A stretch of 64,000 bases of DNA. It comes from Dehalococcoidia bacterium (lineage in GTDB: Bacteria; Chloroflexota; Dehalococcoidia; Lucifugimonadales; Australimonadaceae). The notes under the pieces were generated by a model. That model did not search any database. It had not been told where the DNA came from and saw nothing but the letters and a program-made list of their open reading frames with translations. Positions 51,577 through 61,936 of the stretch are shown here, piece after piece. The position numbers and the translations under genes were made by a program. The DNA lies in the NCBI GenBank assembly GCA_963579845.1, contig CAUZHS010000001.1:71592-135591 (forward strand), given 5' to 3'. Every line of letters begins with the position of its first letter. Within the stretch, counting starts at the first letter, position 1.

Positions 51577-51993
51577 CTATCTGGGGAAAACTCCCGCGGC
51601 CACCAACACCCGATGCTCGATGGCAATGCACCTGTCCATAATCACATCCAACCCGGCATCCCGTGCCGCAGCGGCTGCCAACTCGTTCACGACCCCCAGT
51701 TGCAACCACACGGCTGGCGCTCCAATGCTGATGGACGACTCCACCACCGGCAGCACTTCGTTGGAGCGCCGGAAAATATCCACCAGATCCACCTTCTCCG
51801 AGACACTCTCCAAATCGGGATACGGCTGCTCGTTCAGGACCGGGCCGAAGAGTCGAGGGTTCACTGGAATAATCCGGTATCCCCGGGACTGGAGGTAGGC
51901 CGCCACACCATAACTTGGTCGCTCCGGCCTATCGGACAGGCCCACGACGGCGATAACCCTGCTGCTTCTCAAAATCTCTTCGATGGTTCGCAT
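51577..51993 (-). CDS. CoA-binding domain protein (YccU/YneT-like)
   Basis: Motif IAVVGLSDRPERPSYGVAAYLQSRGYRIIPVNP. Confidence 0.8.
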   Translation of the reverse strand: MRTIEEILRSSRVIAVVGLSDRPERPSYGVAAYLQSRGYRIIPVNPRLFGPVLNEQPYPDLESVSEKVDLVDIFRRSNEVLPVVESSISIGAPAVWLQLGVVNELAAAAARDAGLDVIMDRCIAIEHRVLVAAGVFPR

Positions 51994-52187
51994 TGCAACG
52001 GTTCCCCAGGTATGCGTTCAGCAGGTATTGGCCTACTCATAAGCTAGGTTGCATGAAGAGCGGTGGAGGGTCAAGGGGATAAACTCTCAGTGTATCCTCG
52101 AACAAGGATTTAAAAATTAGCCCGTCCTGGTGTACTAGCAAGGGAAAACAAGCAGACTTCAGCACCGCACCTGCTATTCTGCGGCCC

Positions 52188-53069
52188 ATGCAAAAGAACC
52201 CTAGAATCATGCAAGGACAAGTCTGTATCGTCACCGGCGCGAACTCGGGCATTGGCAAGGTCACCTCTCGGAGGCTCGCCGCCATGGGCGCCACGGTGGT
52301 GTTGGTCTGCCGCGATCAGACCAAAGGCCAATACGCCATTCGCGAAATCCGGGCCCACCTTCCTGGTGCGTCCTTGGAATTGCTCCTCGCCGACCTCTCA
52401 TCCCAGGAGCACATCCGGCGGCTAGCTTCGGAAATCCAGGCCCGCTTTCCCCGCATTAATGTATTGATCAACAACGCTGGGGCCATCAACGCGCACCGGA
52501 CGCTTAGCGAAGACGGCATGGAGACCACCTTCGCTGTAAACCACCTCTCCTATTTCCTGCTCACGGAGCTCCTGCTCCCCACGCTCCAGGCAAGTGCACC
52601 GTCCCGTATCGTCAATGTGGCGTCCATCGCTGAGCGGAGGGGGCGGACCGAGTTCGATAACCTCCAGGGTGAGCGGCGCTACTCCTCGGCCCGGGCCTAC
52701 CAGAACTCCAAACGGGCCAATCTCCTCTTCACTTACGAACTGGCCCGTCGCTTGGAAGGAACGGGGGTTACGGCGAATTGCCTCCACCCAGGACTAGTGC
52801 GAACCAACTTCGGCAACCGCCATTCCTGGTGGTTCCGATTTGCCAAGACCGCCTTCATGGCGGCGCGCGGCGTTAGCGCCGAAACGGGAGCTGCGACAGT
52901 GGTCCACCTGGCATCCTCAGCCCAGGTAGAAGGCGTAACCGGCCAGTATTTCGAGCGGTTGCAAGAGCGCGCTTCGTCGCCAAGCTCCCATGACCCGACA
53001 ACTGCCCGGCGGCTCTGGGAGGTCAGCGAAGCGTTGACGTCAGCGGGGCCGCCTCCATCACCGTCCTGA
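52188..53069 (+). CDS. SDR family oxidoreductase
   Basis: Motifs VTGANSGIGK, NNAG and YQNSK. Confidence 0.85.
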   Translation: MQKNPRIMQGQVCIVTGANSGIGKVTSRRLAAMGATVVLVCRDQTKGQYAIREIRAHLPGASLELLLADLSSQEHIRRLASEIQARFPRINVLINNAGAINAHRTLSEDGMETTFAVNHLSYFLLTELLLPTLQASAPSRIVNVASIAERRGRTEFDNLQGERRYSSARAYQNSKRANLLFTYELARRLEGTGVTANCLHPGLVRTNFGNRHSWWFRFAKTAFMAARGVSAETGAATVVHLASSAQVEGVTGQYFERLQERASSPSSHDPTTARRLWEVSEALTSAGPPPSPS

Positions 53070-53319
53070 GCCCCGCAACTGCGCTCAGGGCACGCTCTGC
53101 GAAGAATTTCTCACTCCGTTTTGGCCTGACAAACTCACTCCAACCGGACTTCTGTCACCTCGAGACCACAGGTGAGGGGTTCCGATCCGTATCGAGATTC
53201 CTCTTCCTTCGAGGGAAGGACTCGGGATAACGTAGTTAACAGTGCCCTTGTTGAATGGCTGCCCTGGGTCAACCACCGCGGCCTTTGTCCCCACTCTCGT
53301 CTGGAAGAGGGCTAGGGCC

Positions 53320-54537
53320 CTACGCTTGGTCGAGCTCGAACGTCTGATGCAACGCGCGAACCGCATCGTGGACCTTCGCCTCGTCCACAATGCAAGTGAT
53401 ACGGATTTGGGAGGTGGTAATCATCTCAATATTGATCCCCTCGTCGTAGAGGGTCTTGAACATTCGGGAGGCATATCCCGGTACGTTCTCCATACCTGTG
53501 CCCACGATGCTCACGTTCCCAAGGTGCTCATCGCTGGCCACCTCCGCAGCGCCAATCTGCACTGCTACCTCCCGGGCCAAGGCCAGCGCGTTGGGGCTAT
53601 CCGCCCGGTCCACGGTGAACGAGACGTCGGTCAGCCGCTCGGCACTCGCATTCTGGACAATCGTGTCGACACTGATAAGAGCGTCGGTAAGCGACTCGAA
53701 GAGCACCGCCGCGATGCCTGGGCGGTCGGGCACTCCGCGCACGGTGATGCGTGAAACTCCCATCTCATATGTCACGCCCCGGACCTTGTTCGAGACTTCC
53801 ATCCCAGTCGTCACCTCGTGAATCAGCGTGCCGGGCCCGTCGTGGAGGCTCGATGCCACCGTAATCGGAACTTTGTACCGGGCACCCAGCTCAATGGAGC
53901 GCGGGTGCATCTTAGCACCCCGGCTCGCCAGTTCCAGCATCTCCTCGTAGCCTATCTCGTCCAGCTTCCGCGCATCGGGCACCACCCTCGGGTCGGCGGT
54001 GAAGATACCGTCCACATCCGTATACACCTCGCAACCGTCCGCCTTGAGAGCGATCGCCAGGGCCACCGCCGTCGTATCCGACCCGCCACGACCCAAGGTG
54101 GTTACATCCATCTCTTCGGTAATGCCCTGGAAGCCCGCCACGATGACCACACGACCCTGGTCCAACTCACGGTGCATTCGCTGGGGATCGACACCGATGA
54201 TGGAAGCCTGGCCGTGGGCTGCGTTGGTCCGGATGCCGGCCTGGCCACCCCCCAAACTCACCGAGGGGACGTTTAGCTTCCGCAACGCCATGGCCAGCAA
54301 CGTACAGGACACCAATTCACCCGTGGAGAGCAGCAGGTCCATCTCCCGGGGAGCAGGATCCGCAGTGACCTGGCCCGCCAGCGCAATCAGGTCATTGGTG
54401 GTGCTTCCCATGGCCGAAACGACCACCGTAATCTGGTCACCGCCCTCCCTGGCCTTGGCAATCCTGCTGGCCACGTTTCGTATGCGGCTGGCATCTCCCA
54501 CCGAAGTCCCGCCATACTTCTGGACGCGCAACACCAC
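53320..54537 (-). CDS. lysC: Aspartate kinase
   Basis: VQKYGGTSVG, with two C-terminal ACT domains. It directly abuts the thrB stop. Confidence 0.93.
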   Translation of the reverse strand: MVLRVQKYGGTSVGDASRIRNVASRIAKAREGGDQITVVVSAMGSTTNDLIALAGQVTADPAPREMDLLLSTGELVSCTLLAMALRKLNVPSVSLGGGQAGIRTNAAHGQASIIGVDPQRMHRELDQGRVVIVAGFQGITEEMDVTTLGRGGSDTTAVALAIALKADGCEVYTDVDGIFTADPRVVPDARKLDEIGYEEMLELASRGAKMHPRSIELGARYKVPITVASSLHDGPGTLIHEVTTGMEVSNKVRGVTYEMGVSRITVRGVPDRPGIAAVLFESLTDALISVDTIVQNASAERLTDVSFTVDRADSPNALALAREVAVQIGAAEVASDEHLGNVSIVGTGMENVPGYASRMFKTLYDEGINIEMITTSQIRITCIVDEAKVHDAVRALHQTFELDQA

Positions 54538-55500
54538 CTAGACCTCCCTCGTTTCACCGTCAATGGCAAGCACCTCCGCGCCGGTCAGGTCGGGTTCCAG
54601 CACGACGAACTCCCCCGGTAACCGCAGCTTGTCGGCGGCGTCCGCCATCTCGTACCCAATGGTCATGGCGCGGTGCTCCGATTTGCTGGTCAGCGCCACG
54701 ACCGAAGAGCCCGCTCCCGACAGAAACACACCGTAGGCGCCCGCCTTGAGCGCTCCGGCGAAGAGCTGCTTCATGGCCGGAAAGACCTGCTGACGAGCCG
54801 ACTGGTGCAGTCGATCCTGAGTCGCGAGGCCCAGAAGCTCCGGACGATTGGTGGAGAGCCCCGCCACCAGCAACGCCGTACGGCCGATGTTGAAGACGGC
54901 GTCCTGTCGTGAGACCTGGGAGCCGAGGATCCCTCGTGCCTTTTGGGTGGGCATGTGCCGCTCGGGTATGAACACCACGCATTGGAGGTCATCCGGCAGC
55001 GGTACTTGAGCCACCTGCACCCGCTCTTCCAAGCGTTGGGGATCGTCCACGGCGATGCAGCAGCCACCCACCAGCGTCGCCGCCACGTTATCGGGATGGC
55101 CCTCCATGTCGGTGGCGATCTCCAGCAAGCGTGGCGGCGTGAGGGGAAAATCCAACAGCGCGTTGGCGGCGACCAGCCCCCCGACGATAGCGCAAGCGCT
55201 GGACCCCAGACCCCGACTCAACGGCACCTCCTGCCAGGCGGTGATACGTAAGTCCATTTCCGGCGCTCCCACAGCACTCAGCAGCCGTAACGCTGCCCGG
55301 TAGATGAGGTTGCTCTTATCAGAGCGCAGGTGACCGGCTCCTTCCCCATGGATTTTCACGCCAAACGGCTTTCCCACTTCGATTTGAATCCGGTTCCAGC
55401 GCGATAGGGCGAGACCCAACGAATCGAAGCCAGGCCCCATATTGGCGGTCGTGGCCGGCACCCGGACGGTGACGCTGTGGTGAGATAGTGTTTTTCGCAT
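54538..55500 (-). CDS. thrB: Homoserine kinase
   Basis: Motifs VPATTANMGPGFD and PLSRGLGSSA (GHMP kinase). Confidence 0.92.
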   Translation of the reverse strand: MRKTLSHHSVTVRVPATTANMGPGFDSLGLALSRWNRIQIEVGKPFGVKIHGEGAGHLRSDKSNLIYRAALRLLSAVGAPEMDLRITAWQEVPLSRGLGSSACAIVGGLVAANALLDFPLTPPRLLEIATDMEGHPDNVAATLVGGCCIAVDDPQRLEERVQVAQVPLPDDLQCVVFIPERHMPTQKARGILGSQVSRQDAVFNIGRTALLVAGLSTNRPELLGLATQDRLHQSARQQVFPAMKQLFAGALKAGAYGVFLSGAGSSVVALTSKSEHRAMTIGYEMADAADKLRLPGEFVVLEPDLTGAEVLAIDGETREV

Positions 55501-55636
55501 GGTTGCCTGGGCGGCCCACTAGTATACCAGCCAGGGGTGCCTTGGACCCGTGAGCAAGGCTCGAATACCCTCTCAGCAACTTTGCAAAAGCCCTCTGCAA
55601 GTTCCTTGATTTATATAGGTCAAGGGCCGCGCCCTT

Positions 55637-56680
55637 GTGGGCTATACTGCTCCCATGGGCATTCTTTACATCGCAGGGCAATCACCAGGCGCGGGCAGCA
55701 CCGCCTTAGCTGCTGCATTGGCCACCCTCTGGCGCGGCACCGGTAAACGCGTGGCCCTCTTCAAGCCCCTGGCCCTGCCCAGCGATACGCCCCAGGCTGA
55801 CGCCCAATTTTTCGCCACCATCACCCCGGGGACACATCCCGGCATGCTGACCAGCGTCCTAAACAGCAGCAGCGATATGAGTGGCGCGCTCATGAAGGGC
55901 ATCACCGCCAATGTTGATGCCCTTGGTCGCGACGCGGACGTGGTCATCATCGATGGCCTCCCCATCCTCGACCTCAGTGGCTCGCCGGTCGAAGCCTCAG
56001 CGGCCCTGGCCCAAAAACTGGGTGCTGCTGTCTTGGGCATTATGCCCCAAACCCACGGCACCGAAACACCGGTGGCGGCCTCATGGCAAGCGACCTTTGG
56101 CGAAACCCTTGCCGGCCTGGTGCTAAACCATCGGACACGGTACGCGACCACCGATACCAACTCACCGCCGAGCTCCACCGCGCGGCCCACCGGCACGACG
56201 GTCCTAGGCCGCATCCCGGAAGAGCGCCTCATGCTCGCGCCCACCGTCAGTCAAATTGCGGCGCACCTGCAGGCCCAGTTCTTCACCAGGCCTACGGGAG
56301 ATCAACTGCTAGTGGAGAAATTCATCATCGGTGGCCTCATCACCGAATGGGGCGGCAACTATTTTGGACGTTACCCATCCCAGGCGGTGGTGGTCAGGGG
56401 TGGACGCAGCGACATCGCCATGGCGGCGCTCAAATTCCCCATGGCCTGCCTCCTCCTCACCTCCTGCGACGTCCCGTCTCAGTACGTTTTTCAGCGCGCC
56501 GAAGAACAGGGTGTACCCCTAATCACCGTCACCCACGACACCATGGAGACCACCCGCCTTCTGGAATCCATCCATCAGCGGGTTTCCGTTCATCATCCCG
56601 CCAAAATCCAACGGTTCGCCAACTTGCTGGGTAGCCAATTGGACTGGAACCGACTCAACGCCGCCGCAAGTCTGGTCTAA
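55637..56680 (+). CDS. Phosphotransacetylase-N-terminal-like protein (P-loop AAA_26 plus DRTGG domains)
   Basis: Motifs LYIAGQSPGAGSTALAAAL and VVRGGRSDIAMAAL (DRTGG-like). No PTA catalytic domain is present. Confidence 0.65.
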   Translation: MGYTAPMGILYIAGQSPGAGSTALAAALATLWRGTGKRVALFKPLALPSDTPQADAQFFATITPGTHPGMLTSVLNSSSDMSGALMKGITANVDALGRDADVVIIDGLPILDLSGSPVEASAALAQKLGAAVLGIMPQTHGTETPVAASWQATFGETLAGLVLNHRTRYATTDTNSPPSSTARPTGTTVLGRIPEERLMLAPTVSQIAAHLQAQFFTRPTGDQLLVEKFIIGGLITEWGGNYFGRYPSQAVVVRGGRSDIAMAALKFPMACLLLTSCDVPSQYVFQRAEEQGVPLITVTHDTMETTRLLESIHQRVSVHHPAKIQRFANLLGSQLDWNRLNAAASLV

Positions 56681-56794
56681 GCACTGTCCCCAACGACCTC
56701 GCTTATGCGAAAACCCTCCTTGCGAGAGGTGTCACCCGCCTGATAGACTGTAACCTCTTGGTTTTCGACGCTTATGCGAAGGAGGGCTGCTTGC

Positions 56795-57166
56795 TTGGCT
56801 GCCATTGGACGCCATCTGTTGCTCGAGTTACGGGACTGTAACCGGATCAAATTAGATGATCTGGACTTTCTCCGCGAAACACTTCTGGCAGCTGCCTCTG
56901 AGGTAGGGGCCACCGTCATCGACGATATCTTCCATCGTTTCAGCCCCCAGGGTGTCACCGGTGTGGTCGCCATTGCCGAATCGCACCTCTGCATCCACAC
57001 CTGGCCAGAGTACGGCTACGCCGCCATGGACGTCTTCACCTGCGGAGAGGGGTTCAACCCCATGGACGCCTGCCAACTGCTTATCGAGCGCCTGGAGAGC
57101 TGTAACTCGGAAGTGACCGAAGTTCTTCGTGGCGTGGATATCCCCACACCCGTACCGCAGGATTAA
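56795..57166 (+). CDS. speH: S-adenosylmethionine decarboxylase proenzyme (pyruvoyl, SpeH type)
   Basis: The sequence ...GVTGVVAIAESHLCIHTWPEYGYAAMDVFTCGE contains the E-S self-cleavage site. The in-frame TTG at 56795 sits 8 nt after GGAGGG. The ORF-track ATG at 56774 overlaps that SD. Confidence 0.88.
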   Translation: MAAIGRHLLLELRDCNRIKLDDLDFLRETLLAAASEVGATVIDDIFHRFSPQGVTGVVAIAESHLCIHTWPEYGYAAMDVFTCGEGFNPMDACQLLIERLESCNSEVTEVLRGVDIPTPVPQD

Positions 57167-57177
57167 GGCTCCACACC

Positions 57178-58107
57178 ATGGACGCATCACCCAGTCAGAC
57201 CACCTGGCACACCGAATACATTAACGCAAACATGTTCATGAGCGTGGGCCTGCGCCAGATTATCCACTCCGGACAGACTCGCTATCAGCACGTCCAGCTC
57301 CTAGAAACGGAACCCTTTGGCCGGAGCCTGGTGTTGGACGGCAGGACCCAATCGACAGAGGCCGACGAGTACGTCTACCACGAAGCGCTGGTTCAGCCCG
57401 TCATGATGGCGCACGCGAACCCCCGCCACGTCTTCATTGCGGGCGGAGGCGAAGGGGCCACGGCCAGGGAGGTGCTCCGACACTCCTTCGTCGAACGCCT
57501 TACTATGGTCGACCTCGATCAGGAGGTCGTTGAGCTCTGCAAGCAGCACCTTCCCCTCCACCATGCCGGTTCCTTCGATGACCCCCGGCTAAACCTGCTC
57601 CACGAAGACGCTCTGGCGTATCTGGAGAGCACACACGACCAGTTTGACATCGTTATCGTCGACGTTCCTGACCCCCTCGAAGCGGGGCCCGCCTACATGC
57701 TCTACACCGAGGAGTTCTACGCGGCGGTACGCTCCTGTCTGGCCCCCGGAGGCCTGATGGTTACCCAATCTGGCCCCGGCGGACCCCTCAATCACACAGA
57801 GGTCTTTACCGCCATCCATCACACCGTCGCCGCGTCCTTCCCCCGGGCGCACCCCTACCGGGTCTTCGTCCCCAGCTTTGGCACCACCTGGGGTTTCGTC
57901 ATTGGCGCCCCGGCCGGCGAGCCCGAGTTGCCGGAGCTGAATGCCGCAACCGTCGACCTGCGTCTCAGCAATCGGGTGGGCAACACCTTGCGGCACTACG
58001 ACGGGATTACCCATACGGGACTCTTCGCCCTCCCCAAGTACCTGCGCTTAGCCTTGGATGCCGAAACGCGCCTCATCACCAAGTCTGCCCCACTATACGC
58101 AGTCTAA
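57178..58107 (+). CDS. speE: Spermidine synthase (polyamine aminopropyltransferase)
   Basis: Motifs FIAGGGEGATAREVLRH and VDVPDP. Confidence 0.92.
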   Translation: MDASPSQTTWHTEYINANMFMSVGLRQIIHSGQTRYQHVQLLETEPFGRSLVLDGRTQSTEADEYVYHEALVQPVMMAHANPRHVFIAGGGEGATAREVLRHSFVERLTMVDLDQEVVELCKQHLPLHHAGSFDDPRLNLLHEDALAYLESTHDQFDIVIVDVPDPLEAGPAYMLYTEEFYAAVRSCLAPGGLMVTQSGPGGPLNHTEVFTAIHHTVAASFPRAHPYRVFVPSFGTTWGFVIGAPAGEPELPELNAATVDLRLSNRVGNTLRHYDGITHTGLFALPKYLRLALDAETRLITKSAPLYAV

Positions 58108-58192
58108 GGACGGACCTCATCAGCGTTCAGCAAGCCCGCTTTGAGGGATACCCACATTACCCGGTCGCCCAACACCAACCTCTAGTGATGCC

Positions 58193-58915
58193 ATGAGCCT
58201 CTCTTCCGGTACCGTCCCCTCCGCTACTCCTTGGAGCAATTTGAAGGTCGCCATACCGATTTTGGGGACGCTTGTTTTCCTCTCGATCGCAGCGGCGGCA
58301 TGGGACCGCTTGCCCGGCGACCTGAGCCTCATGCGTCTCGTCCAAAGCGGCATGAATCCCTTCACCGAGCAGCCTCTCTCCTGGGTCAACACCCTCGGCC
58401 GCGGGATGATACTCGCAGTCCTCACCACTGGAGTGGTCACGGGGATATCCACCAGAGGACGCTGGCGCATAGGGGCCATCCTCGGAAGCGTTATCGCGCT
58501 GGAAGCGGGGGCCGTGTTCCTGCTCAAAGCGCTGGTGGACCGTCCCCGGCCGGTGCTCCCCACCGACCTTCAAATTCTGGCCGAGTCTTCTACCGCAAGT
58601 TTCCCCAGCGGTCACGTTACCCTCACCGTTGTGACCTTCGGCGCATTCGTATACCTGCTCACCCGGCACTGGTTGCGGAAGGGCAACCTTCGCCGCCTCA
58701 CCTTTGCTATCCTATTTGTGCCCATTCTGCTCACCGGCCCTGCCCGAGTAGCCTGGGGCGTCCACTGGCCCAGCGATGTCCTGGGTGGATACCTCCTTGC
58801 CTTCCTGGGACTGCAGCTCCTGGTAGTCTTACACGAGCGTTTCGGAACACCCACGGTACCCCCGGCTGCTTCAGCCTCTCTCGGGAACCTCGCCGGCCAG
58901 TACCCGAGGACCTAG
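58193..58915 (+). CDS. PAP2 superfamily phosphatase
   Basis: Motifs KALVDRPRP, SFPSGH and VHWPSDVLGG. Confidence 0.85.
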   Translation: MSLSSGTVPSATPWSNLKVAIPILGTLVFLSIAAAAWDRLPGDLSLMRLVQSGMNPFTEQPLSWVNTLGRGMILAVLTTGVVTGISTRGRWRIGAILGSVIALEAGAVFLLKALVDRPRPVLPTDLQILAESSTASFPSGHVTLTVVTFGAFVYLLTRHWLRKGNLRRLTFAILFVPILLTGPARVAWGVHWPSDVLGGYLLAFLGLQLLVVLHERFGTPTVPPAASASLGNLAGQYPRT

Positions 58916-59112
58916 CCCTCGACACCTCCAAAGCCCCGATCAGCACCACCTGCCATGAACTGGATCGACTCATGATTATCGTCATGGTGGCAGCCTGGCT
59001 CGTACCCGACTGACCAAGCCCCTCCTCAACATGGTCACACTCGGCTGGGTGGATAACGCGGCGGGCTGGTGCTCGGCGCCGTGGGTGGCAGCCTAGGCGC
59101 AGCAGTCCAGAT

Positions 59113-59501
59113 ATGAGCCTATCGGTCTTGGTAGTGAACCCCCACAACATGACCGCTCAACGCCTGCAGCATACGCAGCACGGTCGTACTACTGCTCCAT
59201 GAAAAGACCTAGATGCTTGGAAACGGACTCGGTAGGCTGCAGGCTCCTACCTCCGGCTTCGCCATCCCTTGTGTTATTCGCCTCTTCCATCTGGTGAAGT
59301 CCCCGCTCTTCGTCCGCCGTCTTTCCCGCAGGGAAATCTCCTGGCGCAACAATTTCCTTTACCAGTCCCTTCGGAAAGGACGTGCGGGAACTCACTCTGG
59401 ACCATGTGATCCCTTGGTTACGGGGCGGAAAGCACAACTGGGAAACCGTGGTGACGGCCTGCGTCCCGTGCAACCACCAGTTCACGCACTGGACCGCCTA
59501 A
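59113..59501 (+). pseudogene. Small HNH endonuclease gene, decayed
   Basis: Three frames read in order give MSLSVLVVNPHNM...TAP*, then ...[32 protein letters not shown], then ...[37 protein letters not shown]. These are colinear with roughly 170-aa HNH proteins (VLVLN...P.VIRL...CxYCG..LTLDHV.P.SRGG..W.N.V.AC..CN). The CxxC cysteines are lost. Confidence 0.65.
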
Positions 59502-59506
59502 GCCCC

Positions 59507-60532
59507 TCAGACCGAAGAGCTTGATTTTCCCACAGCTCCCCTGGGCAGATCCAGCATGAGCACCTCCAACGCAAGCCGCGGATTGGCGTTACGCTCCAAG
59601 CCCCCCAGTGTCTCATACAAACGACCTATCCAGCAGACCGTTTCGCGGGCGCTGAGCGCTTGGGCCTGCGCCTCCAGCGTCTCTCGCCAATTCCGGTGGA
59701 CGACCTCCTCGGCTCTGCCCTGCTGCAGCAGCATGATGTCGCGCCACCAGCGCATCCACACATACAACTCCTCACGCCCCAAAGCCCTGTCTCGCTGGAA
59801 GCGGCGCGCCAGATCGTCAGCGTAGGTGAACCGCGCCTCCAAACCGGAACGCGACACGTCGGCGATACGCTCCAGCCGCTGGTGCAGGTCAGCCAGCACA
59901 GCGGGGCTTTGGACCGCGTCGATGGCCCAACCCACGCAACCTCTGGAAAGCACGGCAACGTTTTCCGCCTGCTCTTCGGTGGCCCCGTAATCGGCCCGAA
60001 GCAACTCCGATACCTCCCGCAACGGTAGCGGCCTGAGCTCCAAAATCTGAGCCCGGGATGCCACCGTGGGCAGAATAGCATCGGGGTTCGCGGTCAGCAG
60101 CAGCAGCAGCACATCCGGCGGCGGTTCCTCCAGCAGCTTCAGCAACGCGTTAGCGGCCTCCGCGCTCAACCGGTCGGCATCCTCGATGATGAACACGTGA
60201 CACCTGCCCTCGTACGGCTTGAGGTGGGCCACTTCATGGAGGTCGCGGATACTCTCAATGCCGATGAGTGTCCGCGACTCATCATCAGCCCCTTCCAGGC
60301 TAATGACACGCACATCCGCATGCAGTCCCCGGGAAATCCTTGTGCAGGCATTGCACTGGCCACACGGAGCATCCGGTCCGGTGCAGTTGACCGCCTGGGC
60401 CAGCTGCATAGCCAAGGTCGTCTTACCCACACGGGCTGGGCCCGTGATGAGGTAGCCATGATGAAGCCGTCCCGTGCGGAGGCCGTCTTCCAAGAGCCTG
60501 AGTGCCCGATAGTGCCCATGAACCCGGAACAT
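59507..60532 (-). CDS. holB: DNA polymerase III subunit delta'
   Basis: Motif HGYLITGPARVGKTTLA, a Zn module CGQCNAC, and an SRAQ motif region. Confidence 0.85.
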   Translation of the reverse strand: MFRVHGHYRALRLLEDGLRTGRLHHGYLITGPARVGKTTLAMQLAQAVNCTGPDAPCGQCNACTRISRGLHADVRVISLEGADDESRTLIGIESIRDLHEVAHLKPYEGRCHVFIIEDADRLSAEAANALLKLLEEPPPDVLLLLLTANPDAILPTVASRAQILELRPLPLREVSELLRADYGATEEQAENVAVLSRGCVGWAIDAVQSPAVLADLHQRLERIADVSRSGLEARFTYADDLARRFQRDRALGREELYVWMRWWRDIMLLQQGRAEEVVHRNWRETLEAQAQALSARETVCWIGRLYETLGGLERNANPRLALEVLMLDLPRGAVGKSSSSV

Positions 60533-60542
60533 ACTCGAAACC

Positions 60543-61859
60543 CTACACCACGTCCGTGGCCATCATATCGGCGTAGGAGTCGCGACGGCGCAGCAACCGG
60601 GCCTTGCCTCCGCCCACCAACACGATGGCCGGTCGGCCGTTCCAATTGTAGGTGCTAGCCATCGACGGACCGTAGGCGCCGGAGACGGGGATAGCCAACA
60701 CGTCGCCCGGCTGCACTGGCGGCAGATGGGCGTCTCGTACCAGCACATCGCCCGACTCGCAGTACTTGCCCGCGATGGTCACCCTCTCCGTTGCAGGACG
60801 AGTCACGCACCCGGCTGCTATCGCCTCGTAACGCGCATCGTAGAGCGCCGGGCGGATGTTGTCTCCCATGCCGCCGTCCACCGCCACGTAGGTGCGGATA
60901 TTTGGCACGTCCTTGATGGCGCCCACGGTGTAGAGAGCGACCCCAGCCCTAGCCACCATCGCCCTGCCCGGCTCCACCACCAACAATGGTGTCTCCATGT
61001 CCAGGTCGCGGCAGGCCGCAGTAAGCGTGTCCACGATGGCCTCCGCATAGGCGCCGGGCGATGGCGGCGCGTCCTCTTCAGTGTAGGCCACCGCAAAGCC
61101 GCCACCGGGACTAAACTCCCGCAGCACCAGGCCCTCCTCCCGCATCTGCGAGGCGAATTCCAGCACCAGGCGGACAGCCCGCTCGTAGGGCTCCATCTCG
61201 AAGATGGGGGAGCCCAAATGGAAGTGCAGCCCTCGCAGATCTAAATTGGCCGCCGCTAGAGTGCGGCGTATGGCCTCCTGGGCCTGGCCAGTGGAGATGG
61301 GAAACCCGAATTTGCTATCCAGCACGCCCGTGGTGGTGTGGTGATGGGTATGGGGATCCACCTCCGGGGAGACCCGGATGAGAACCGGCTGCCTGTGGCC
61401 CGAGACACCGGCAAGCTCGTCCAGCAGCGCAATCTCCTGTAACCCGTCAATCACCACACGGCCAATGCCCCACTCCAAGGCCTCTCGCAGCTCCTGGGGG
61501 GTTTTGTTATTGCCATGAAAGTAGACCCGGTCCGCTGGAACTGACGCCGCCTGGAGCACGGCGGCCTCCCCACCGGATACGACGTCGAATCCAAGGCCGT
61601 AACCCGCAAGCACCTTGGCCAGCGCAGGGTTAACGAAGGCCTTGCAGGCGTAGAGCACCTGGGAATTGGCATAACGCGACGTGAACGCCAACTGGTAGGC
61701 CTCCGCCGCGGCCCGAAGCGTCGGTTCGTCGTATACGTAGAGCGGACTGCCGAACTCCTGCACAAGGTCCAGCGCATCGCAGCCGCCCAGCACCAGATGT
61801 CCCTGGGCGTTGACCTCGGCTGAGATCGGCAACAGATTGGCTTTGGGAACGGTGGCCAC
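60543..61859 (-). CDS. lysA: Diaminopimelate decarboxylase
   Basis: Motifs FGSPLYVYD, YACKAF, SPGGGFAV and KYCESGDVL. The probable start is the GTG at 61859 (AGGAGAA 6 nt upstream). The ORF-track start is 61916. Confidence 0.92.
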   Translation of the reverse strand: MATVPKANLLPISAEVNAQGHLVLGGCDALDLVQEFGSPLYVYDEPTLRAAAEAYQLAFTSRYANSQVLYACKAFVNPALAKVLAGYGLGFDVVSGGEAAVLQAASVPADRVYFHGNNKTPQELREALEWGIGRVVIDGLQEIALLDELAGVSGHRQPVLIRVSPEVDPHTHHHTTTGVLDSKFGFPISTGQAQEAIRRTLAAANLDLRGLHFHLGSPIFEMEPYERAVRLVLEFASQMREEGLVLREFSPGGGFAVAYTEEDAPPSPGAYAEAIVDTLTAACRDLDMETPLLVVEPGRAMVARAGVALYTVGAIKDVPNIRTYVAVDGGMGDNIRPALYDARYEAIAAGCVTRPATERVTIAGKYCESGDVLVRDAHLPPVQPGDVLAIPVSGAYGPSMASTYNWNGRPAIVLVGGGKARLLRRRDSYADMMATDVV

Positions 61860-61936
61860 GGGGTATTCTCCTAGCACGAAGAATAGCATGCCGCCCCTGC
61901 TATACTCCACCCACACTCGCCCTCTGAAAGGCCGCT

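Noticed and set aside
60095-60115. (CAG)5 trinucleotide run. More generally, I searched for CRISPR-like spaced repeats.
   Set aside because: The run simply encodes a Leu5 stretch inside holB. I saw no regularly spaced direct repeats anywhere in the window.
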